From contig JAWOEX010000040.1 of NCBI GenBank assembly GCA_046482545.1, forward strand, positions 1 to 33,830: a stretch of 33,830 nt of DNA, read 5' to 3'. The DNA is from Candidatus Thorarchaeota archaeon. Its GTDB lineage: Archaea; Asgardarchaeota; Thorarchaeia; Thorarchaeales; Thorarchaeaceae. The position numbers and the translations under genes were made by a program. Positions 27,046-33,830 of this stretch are shown here, piece by piece; the first letter of the stretch is position 1; each line of letters opens with the position of its first letter. Below the pieces are notes generated by a model, which was given only the letters and a program-made list of their open reading frames with translations, ran no database searches and was not told the DNA's origin.

Positions 27046-28356
27046 ATGAGCGATGAATTTGATGTGATTGTTGTTGGCGCCGGAATTCTAGGCGTTACCT
27101 CGGCATACTACTTACAGAAGAGTAATCCAGATAAGGAAATACTGCTGCTTGATAAGATGCCCGCTGCAGGTCAGGCTAACACGGCTATGAGTGCTGCAGC
27201 TGTTAGGAATATGTTCTCGTCAAACACCAATCAACTTCTTACAGACACCTCGGTGAAGTTTATTGATCATATCCAGAACGAGATTGGTTATGATATCACC
27301 TTTGACAAAGTTGGCTATCTCTGGTTGATGAGTGAAGATCAGTACAAGCACCCAAGCGTTAAGAGATGGATCGAACGGATGCGGGGGGCTGAAGTTCATT
27401 GCCGAATTCATAAGAAAGATGATTTGAAAGATAAGATTCCAGCACTCAATGTTGACTTCTCAGGCGATGATGAAGCTGAAATCATGAATCTGGAAGAAGT
27501 GGACTATGGGTTATTTGGCGGCGACTGTGGGGTCCTTGATCCCACCAGTCTCGTCGAATTCTACCTAGATCGGTTTAAAGACATAAGCAATGTGTCCCCT
27601 CGATTTGGTGTCAATGTCGAGCGTCTACTGCTGGAAGCGGTTCCTTCTCTTGACCTGCCCGGCGAACCCATGGTATGGCAAAACAAGAAAGTCAACGGAG
27701 TAGTGACTGATAATACCACACTCCGCGCTGATACGGTTGTTCTAGCCACTGGAGCGTGGTCAAATGAACTACTTGACCCCGTTGGAATAGATGGACAGAC
27801 CAAGGCAAAGAAACGTCAGATGTTTGTTGTTCATTCAGAAGAAAACAAGGAACTCCGTTCACTCCTGTTCACTGAGGGTTTCAACGACATGGGAGTTTTG
27901 CCCTTCACAATTCTACCTTCTGCGGGTGTTTACTTCCGTCCGCAGGTTCAGGAAGAGGGCTTCTGGATTGGATGTGGTGATAAGTTGGGAAGACCATACC
28001 ACTACGTACAGCCGAAGACGGAGCTTACAGCCGAACAGGCCTATTACGAGAACAGCATCTATCCGGTGCTGAGCAAGTACTTCCCTATCTTCGCGAATTC
28101 TCGACCAGTCAACAGCTGGGCTGGAGCCTACAACTACAGTCCCGATCGTATTCCGTACGTCTATCAGAAGCACGGAGTGCTTGTTGTCAATGGTGCTAGT
28201 GGCAGTGGAATTATGAAAGCAGACGCTATGGGACGTATATGTGATGCCCTCTATCGGGGTGAGAAGACTGCACAACTCTACAATGGAATGACTATCCCTT
28301 CAGATGCATTACGGATTGATAATCGGAAAGTGGAAACTGAGAACGTAATCATATGA
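27046..28356 (+). CDS. FAD-dependent oxidoreductase (DAO/sarcosine oxidase beta/FOXRED1-like)
   Basis: VIVVGAGILG, VVLATGAWS, WAGAYNYSPDRIP, GASGSGIMKA. ATG 27046 preferred. Confidence 0.88.
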   Translation: MSDEFDVIVVGAGILGVTSAYYLQKSNPDKEILLLDKMPAAGQANTAMSAAAVRNMFSSNTNQLLTDTSVKFIDHIQNEIGYDITFDKVGYLWLMSEDQYKHPSVKRWIERMRGAEVHCRIHKKDDLKDKIPALNVDFSGDDEAEIMNLEEVDYGLFGGDCGVLDPTSLVEFYLDRFKDISNVSPRFGVNVERLLLEAVPSLDLPGEPMVWQNKKVNGVVTDNTTLRADTVVLATGAWSNELLDPVGIDGQTKAKKRQMFVVHSEENKELRSLLFTEGFNDMGVLPFTILPSAGVYFRPQVQEEGFWIGCGDKLGRPYHYVQPKTELTAEQAYYENSIYPVLSKYFPIFANSRPVNSWAGAYNYSPDRIPYVYQKHGVLVVNGASGSGIMKADAMGRICDALYRGEKTAQLYNGMTIPSDALRIDNRKVETENVII

Positions 28357-28411
28357 TGAAGCGGGCATCCAATTAGGTAAGTAGAAAAAGGATTGCGCAT
28401 AGTCTGTTAGC

Positions 28412-28927
28412 ATGTCAACGGGAAGCAACCCCGAAAACCATGGTCCACCTCAGGAAGGGCAAGTAGCACCGGATTTTGTTCTTCCAGCTACAACTTCTGA
28501 GAAAGTCCAACTGCTTCAATACCAGGGACAATTTGTTGTCTTGGTCTTCTTTCCACAGCCGTTTACCACTTTTTCAACTATGCAAATCCGTCAGATTATT
28601 GAATTCCATATCGCCTTGCAGACACTTGGAACAATTGTGCTCGGAATCAGTGTTGAACCGGTAGAAGCATTGCGGACGTTTGCTGAGCAAGAAGAAATCC
28701 CGTTTCTCCTTCTGAGTGACTTTGAACGAGAAGTAGCAAAGACCTATGGCGTCTTTGAGGAGGAATTGAACGGATTCAGGCATGTTGCAAAACCAAGTGT
28801 GTTTGTTTTGGATAAGAAACAGCGAATCTTGTATCGCTGGGTATCGGAAGATTTGACCGAGCTACCTGACTTCGACCAGATATTGGGCGTTATTCAGGGA
28901 TTCAATCCAAGCAAAGGTATGCACTAG
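28412..28927 (+). CDS. Peroxiredoxin (BCP/AhpC-TSA)-like protein lacking catalytic Cys
   Basis: APDF.LP, LVFFP..FT..ST.Q, VLGISV, FLLLSD..REVAK.YGV. The protein contains no Cys. Confidence 0.8.
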   Translation: MSTGSNPENHGPPQEGQVAPDFVLPATTSEKVQLLQYQGQFVVLVFFPQPFTTFSTMQIRQIIEFHIALQTLGTIVLGISVEPVEALRTFAEQEEIPFLLLSDFEREVAKTYGVFEEELNGFRHVAKPSVFVLDKKQRILYRWVSEDLTELPDFDQILGVIQGFNPSKGMH

Positions 28928-30000
28928 CCGAATGCCGCCTGAGATAACGATATTACTATTATTTGAACCAAGATATACAGAAGAATAAGTCCAGCCCCTT
29001 CGGTCTTTGTAACTCGCCAGTCCTTCCGAATGACGTAATAGAAGATAATGGAAGGAATCAGAAAAGAAACGAGAAGGATTCCAGCAGCTATAACTGAAAA
29101 ACTGATGGGAAAGATGAGCGGTACTAGTCCAAGTCCAAGCGTCATGTTTATGATGTTACTGCCTACCAAGTTTCCCACGAGCAGCCGACCGAATCCGTGT
29201 TTTGCACTGTTGATTGAGACGGTCATCTCCGGTAAAGACGTTGCAAGAGATATCACCGTGAATCCAATGACTTCTTCTCCGATGCCAGATGCCATGTTGA
29301 TGTATTGAGCACCTGTCACCACCCACTGTGCCCCGATTGCAACGGCAATTGCTGAGACTGCTATGATGACAACCTCACGACGCGGGACCTGCTTACCGAC
29401 ATGCTCCTCTTTGTCTGTTTCATCAGTATGACTACCTGGATGGCTTCTTGTGTCTCTAAGCGACGTAAGAAACTTGAATCTCAGGAAGAAATCGATAAAG
29501 ACGCTGAACTGATAACACTGGTCACACTCATTTCGGCCCCAATAGAGAAAGGAAAGGTAGGCCACAAGCAGCATCAGGAGGATGATTGCCTCAGGAATCA
29601 CAAGCATGCCGAAAGCAAACGGATTGAACACCATCAGAGCAAGGAGTCCTGCGGTAAGAATCATGATCTTAGTGTCTCTATCAAGTACGATATGATTCGT
29701 GGAAAGTGGAGCGGCCAGAGCGGCCATTCCTGTTACCAACGTGATGTTCGTGATGGAAGAACCAAGAATGTTGGCGAACGCAAGGTCTGCTCCACCGGCA
29801 GCACTTGCTGCCAAACTCGCCATTATTTCTGGCAGTGATGTGCCAATCGCAACTATGGTCAGGCCAATGAGCAGATCAGAAACACCGAAGGTCTTGGCAA
29901 GGGTTGTGGCAGATTGAATCAGGTAGTCAGAACCACTGACAAGTATGGCAAGGCCGCCAATGAAGAGTCCAACGTTCACTGCCATCTCCATAATCTGCAA
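28924..30000 (-). CDS. Ca2+/Na+ antiporter (CaCA/YrbG family)
   Basis: Two alpha repeats: IGLTIVAIGTSLPE...NILGS and IGFTVISLATSLPE...GNLVGSN. TTG start with GGTGA upstream. Confidence 0.92.
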   Translation of the reverse strand: MQIMEMAVNVGLFIGGLAILVSGSDYLIQSATTLAKTFGVSDLLIGLTIVAIGTSLPEIMASLAASAAGGADLAFANILGSSITNITLVTGMAALAAPLSTNHIVLDRDTKIMILTAGLLALMVFNPFAFGMLVIPEAIILLMLLVAYLSFLYWGRNECDQCYQFSVFIDFFLRFKFLTSLRDTRSHPGSHTDETDKEEHVGKQVPRREVVIIAVSAIAVAIGAQWVVTGAQYINMASGIGEEVIGFTVISLATSLPEMTVSINSAKHGFGRLLVGNLVGSNIINMTLGLGLVPLIFPISFSVIAAGILLVSFLIPSIIFYYVIRKDWRVTKTEGAGLILLYILVQIIVISLSQAAFG

Positions 30001-30108
30001 GGGAAGTCACCAAGAGTGAAAAATGCCGTATTCTATTGATATAACTGACGCATATATCTATTAAGCAATTGGTCTTACAGTGGTCCTTGTAGTGAAAACT
30101 AAATACCC

Positions 30109-31095
30109 ATGTGGAATAACATCTTAGAGGTGCCCACGATGACAGCCGAACAGTTACAGCCCGGCAGGCTTTCGATAATTGAGCTACAGAGCGGAATCGA
30201 ACACGATTCTCTGGAAGAGGCACCAGACGAACCCCTCGGGATTCAACTTGTTGGCATACGACCTGCTGATTTGAGGGCTATATCCACACGGTTTATAATC
30301 GATTTGGAAGACCTGCAGGACCTGCAAGACATGGATGAAAGACCGAGATTGCAGGTGGAAGACAGGTTTACAATGCTTGTGTTAAGAGTGCCTGTCGACC
30401 TTACTGATGAACATAGAGAGTACTCGACAGCTCCAATCGGGCTCTTCACGAATGGTCGAGACGTACTTGTCCTTCAGGATAGAGAGATACCGCTCCGGAA
30501 GAAACGGCTCCTAAGAAGGCTGAAGATGAGTGCTACCCCGAGCGAGATGATTTATTCTTTGCTTCAGATAGTCATTGCGTCATTTGAGTACTCGCTAGAC
30601 ATGATTGAAGCAACCATCAACGAAGTTCAGAAGAATATCATGTCGGAGCTCTATCCGACGCAACTGAATCGATTTTTCCAGCTCTCACGCGACGCCGTAT
30701 TCATGGAGGCGGCTCTTTCTTCAAACATGAACGCGTTATGGCGGCTACAACGGACACCAAATACCGGGCAGGTGGTGCTTGATGAGAACAGGTTATCTGA
30801 ACTTGAAGTAGACCTCCAACAACAAATGGAACTCAGCGCCATCTACCGAGAGCTGATTGACAATGCTATGAATGCTTATGACAGCATCGTCTCGCACAAT
30901 CTTAACCGAGTCATCAAGACGCTCACAAGTATCTCGCTTTTGGTGTCGCTGCCAACCCTGATTGCAAGTCTCTATGGAATGAATGTCCGCCTACCTTTGG
31001 AGGACAATCCCTATGCTTTCATTATCCTCATTGCTTTGAGTCTGAGCATAACCGTTCCCTTACTCGTTTACTTGCGGATCAAGAATCTGGTGTAG
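30109..31095 (+). CDS. corA: CorA-family Mg2+/Co2+ transporter
   Basis: DERPRL, SHNLNRVIKTLT, PTLIASLYGMNV (GMN motif), two C-terminal TMs. The start may be ATG 30139. Confidence 0.92.
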   Translation: MWNNILEVPTMTAEQLQPGRLSIIELQSGIEHDSLEEAPDEPLGIQLVGIRPADLRAISTRFIIDLEDLQDLQDMDERPRLQVEDRFTMLVLRVPVDLTDEHREYSTAPIGLFTNGRDVLVLQDREIPLRKKRLLRRLKMSATPSEMIYSLLQIVIASFEYSLDMIEATINEVQKNIMSELYPTQLNRFFQLSRDAVFMEAALSSNMNALWRLQRTPNTGQVVLDENRLSELEVDLQQQMELSAIYRELIDNAMNAYDSIVSHNLNRVIKTLTSISLLVSLPTLIASLYGMNVRLPLEDNPYAFIILIALSLSITVPLLVYLRIKNLV

Positions 31096-31177
31096 CCAGA
31101 TATGTGCTGACTGAAGCAACGGGACTATAGCTATTGTTTAAATAATCTAATTCCGAACGAAATGGAGAGGAATCTAA

Positions 31178-33830
31178 TTGAAACGCGCTTCACCACTTCT
31201 AGTAATAGCGCTGTTTCTCGCAGGATTTTTTATTGTGCCCGTAGGAGTCACGAGTACTCCAGCACGCTTGCAGGAAACATTGCCTCAAAATGAAACACTT
31301 GAACACCTATCGGAACCATCATGGCTTCCAGCAGACAAAACGGTTAGAATCGCAATATATAACGAGACCAATACTACCGATCCTAGCTATGCCAGTCATC
31401 CGGGTGTTGAACACAATAATGCTTCAGGACTTCGAGATATTCTTCTTAGTTATGGATATGAAGCCACTTTGCTGAATGCAAAAGATATCTCCAGTCACGA
31501 GCTCATAACAGCAAAATATGATGTTCTTGCATTGGTTGACAATTTTCCAAGAGAAAACATTACAAATCAGATTCAGGAGTTTTGGCTTGGAGGAGGTAGC
31601 TTGCTTGCACTCGATGGTTCTGCAGCATTCCTTTGTTACTTTGGAATTCTCCCCCCTGAGTCAGCAGGATCTGATGGCTACTCGGTGTACTGGAACTACA
31701 ATGGTGATGACATCAACGTGACTGCTCGCCATCCTGTCACTAAGGGATACGAGAAGAATCAAACAATAAATACAATGTCGGGGTATCTTGCTTGGAATTG
31801 GACTGCATTACAAGGAACATCCATTGCTAGCGATTTGACAATGCTAGCAAAATCAAATGATGATCCCAATGATGTTACAGCCCTTGCATTTGAGCCGACC
31901 TCTAGAGGGGGCAAAGTCGTAACGATAGCCCCCGATAATCATAATGATTATTTGTCCATCGAACTCGGGCAGATGGTCGCGGATGGCGTTGAATGGCTTT
32001 GTCCACGACCAAAAGGGCGAATCTTATTCGATGTATCACACGACAACTATTATCCTGTAGACACATGGGATCCAACTGGATATAGCATTCAGCCACGATT
32101 TACTCCGTTGAGAGATGCACTGGTGAATAGAACCTATACGTTCGATAAACTCTGGCCTTCATCAACTGGCAATTTCACAGAAGAGAATCTTGCGCCATAT
32201 GATATGCTTATTTTGAACACGCCCAAACACAACTTCACCTCTAGCGAAGTAACAGCTCTCTCAAACTGGGTTTCTGCAGGTGGAGGGTTATTCGCCATGG
32301 GAGAATCAGTAGGTTCTTTCCTACAAGAAAATCAGAACATAAACTACCTTCTGGCAGACTACGACCTCTGGATGAATATTACGGCGAACTTCAACCCATC
32401 GATTTTCACTACAACCACTCTTGCAGACCATCCAACTGTTGAAAATGTCAACGAACTGTCTTTCTCTGGTGGGTGTTATGTGAATTCCACAGGTACTGCG
32501 TATCCTTTGGTTATGCAAGGTTCAGATACTCTGGTTGCTTCTCAGGAAATTGGAGCGGGCAGAATTATGCTTGCTGGTGACATAAATTACCTCGCCAACT
32601 ATATTGAGGAAAGTGACAATGCTGCTTATGCTGTAAATGTGGCCAACTGGCTGGTTTCTTGGGGCGCTGATACTATTCTGTATACTGATGAACCCGACAG
32701 TGCGAGTTACTACAGAACACCGGTCGCGTCTGCACTCAATGAGCTAGGCATGGACTTTTACCTAGTATTCAGGGCGGAATACCTCAATCTATCGCTTCAC
32801 CAAAAGGCATGGGATTTGATTGTTGTTGACAATCCTTGGTTCTCTATCGACGTCGCATATGACGCAATATACGAGCATGTTGAGGGTGGTGGTAGATTCG
32901 TAATGTCCTCCTATTATGTGGACAGTTATCCTAGCGAACCTCTGTGGCCTTTGCTGGGATTTCAGTTCATTGAAGAAATGCCTGACGACCCCGAACTTTA
33001 CATCTGGGATTCAAGTCATCCAATTTTCACCGACCCTTACGACTACTCTGCTGCCAACTTTACGCCAACAAGGGACTACGGCGATGAGGGTGATGTTCTT
33101 GGTGTATATCCAAATGCTACTGCTTTAGGTGGAAATAGTTCGTCCTATGATGTGAATCATTCTACAATTGTTCTGGGAAACGACGGTCGGACTCTTTACA
33201 ACGGATATCTCATTGACCAATTCCAGGATGACTTGGATGATTCCACCTATCCGGATAATTTCGAGTTGTGGTTGAATGAAATTGCATTCATAATGCGTCC
33301 CACAATCGACAGCCCAAGTGATATGAGCATAGAGGCGTTTGACACTGGCGAATCAATTACGTGGACACCAACAAGTGACAGGCCGCACTTATACAAGATC
33401 GAGCGGAATTCGGTCGAAGTGGAGAGCGGCTCTTGGGGCGGCGGACAGATCACATATGATCTTGAAGAGGACAGTCTTGAGTTGGTCACATTTGAACTCA
33501 CCGTGTACGACGTGACTGGTTCCTACGCCTCAGACATAGTTATGGTAACGGTAGTGGATACTACGAACCCATCACTTGTTGAAGCTCCAGATAATCTTGA
33601 GTATGAAGAAGGAACGACTGAGCATTTTGTGAATTGGTCCTTCACTGAAGACCTCCCGGATAGCTGGGTTTTCTACATAAATGGCACTGTTGAAGACAGT
33701 GGTGCTTGGGACGGCTCAGAAATATCGGTTGATGCCGGAGGATTGAGTGTCGGTGTCTGGAACCTGACGATAGCGGTCAATGATACTTCGGATAATGTGG
33801 CGACATCCACAGTGTACCTCAACGTCACTG
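31178..33830 (+). CDS. Large secreted/cell-surface protein: three tandem GATase-like/GIFT (DUF4350-like) domains followed by Ig-like repeats; 3'-partial
   Basis: Not in the ORF track. Manual translation from TTG 31178 (RBS GGAGAGG) is open to the window end (at least 884 codons). Signal peptide MKRASPLLVIALFLAGFFIVP; domains with YDVLALVDN..FWLGGG, ILFDVSH..YDMLILNTP..WVSAGGG and WDLIVVDN..HVEGGG; then P.I..P.D..WT..SG.W.G..LTV.D repeats. Confidence 0.85.
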   Translation, partial: MKRASPLLVIALFLAGFFIVPVGVTSTPARLQETLPQNETLEHLSEPSWLPADKTVRIAIYNETNTTDPSYASHPGVEHNNASGLRDILLSYGYEATLLNAKDISSHELITAKYDVLALVDNFPRENITNQIQEFWLGGGSLLALDGSAAFLCYFGILPPESAGSDGYSVYWNYNGDDINVTARHPVTKGYEKNQTINTMSGYLAWNWTALQGTSIASDLTMLAKSNDDPNDVTALAFEPTSRGGKVVTIAPDNHNDYLSIELGQMVADGVEWLCPRPKGRILFDVSHDNYYPVDTWDPTGYSIQPRFTPLRDALVNRTYTFDKLWPSSTGNFTEENLAPYDMLILNTPKHNFTSSEVTALSNWVSAGGGLFAMGESVGSFLQENQNINYLLADYDLWMNITANFNPSIFTTTTLADHPTVENVNELSFSGGCYVNSTGTAYPLVMQGSDTLVASQEIGAGRIMLAGDINYLANYIEESDNAAYAVNVANWLVSWGADTILYTDEPDSASYYRTPVASALNELGMDFYLVFRAEYLNLSLHQKAWDLIVVDNPWFSIDVAYDAIYEHVEGGGRFVMSSYYVDSYPSEPLWPLLGFQFIEEMPDDPELYIWDSSHPIFTDPYDYSAANFTPTRDYGDEGDVLGVYPNATALGGNSSSYDVNHSTIVLGNDGRTLYNGYLIDQFQDDLDDSTYPDNFELWLNEIAFIMRPTIDSPSDMSIEAFDTGESITWTPTSDRPHLYKIERNSVEVESGSWGGGQITYDLEEDSLELVTFELTVYDVTGSYASDIVMVTVVDTTNPSLVEAPDNLEYEEGTTEHFVNWSFTEDLPDSWVFYINGTVEDSGAWDGSEISVDAGGLSVGVWNLTIAVNDTSDNVATSTVYLNVT

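Noticed and set aside
28574-28576. Possible selenocysteine at the peroxidatic position of the Prx-like gene
   Set aside because: The codon is TCA (Ser), not TGA, and the catalytic Arg is also missing.
29048-29917. Plus-strand ORFs antisense to the CaCA antiporter, and similar antisense ORFs across the aro operon and the 3' surface-protein gene
   Set aside because: They fully overlap well-supported genes and carry no independent motifs.

Overview
Archaeal chromosomal window, most likely Asgard/Thorarchaeota-like. This is inferred from TATA boxes, GGTGA-type RBSs, an Hjc resolvase and a large secreted GATase/GIFT-like + Ig-like repeat surface protein; no marker gene is present to confirm it. 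Left end: a PAS/PAC gene remnant cut by an IS5-family element (192-1177). Next is a two-gene cassette encoding a secreted CHAT/caspase-fold protease fused to a hydrophobic-hairpin domain, plus a translationally coupled membrane protein. The cassette is closed by a 141-bp MITE whose ends match the IS. A complete bacterial-type shikimate-to-tyrosine operon follows (CM-aminotransferase fusion, tyrA, aroB, aroF, aroD, aroE, aroK, aroA, aroC). Its leader contains a 52-codon uORF with three Tyr codons inside the 5' arm of a hairpin covering the first gene's RBS, a candidate archaeal Tyr-sensing attenuator. The rest is a mix of housekeeping and accessory genes: membrane proteins, Hjc, peroxiredoxin, a beta-propeller repeat protein, FetAB, a secreted Zn-phospholipase C/S1-P1-type enzyme, a SatD/SatE-like pair facing an HD hydrolase, PadR plus a small Cys/coiled-coil partner, a VOC protein, a divergent RtcB-like protein, an FAD oxidoreductase, a Cys-less pseudo-peroxiredoxin, a CaCA antiporter, CorA and a large surface protein running off the right end. 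No rRNA, tRNA or CRISPR array was seen. All family calls come from motif recognition by eye, not database searches.
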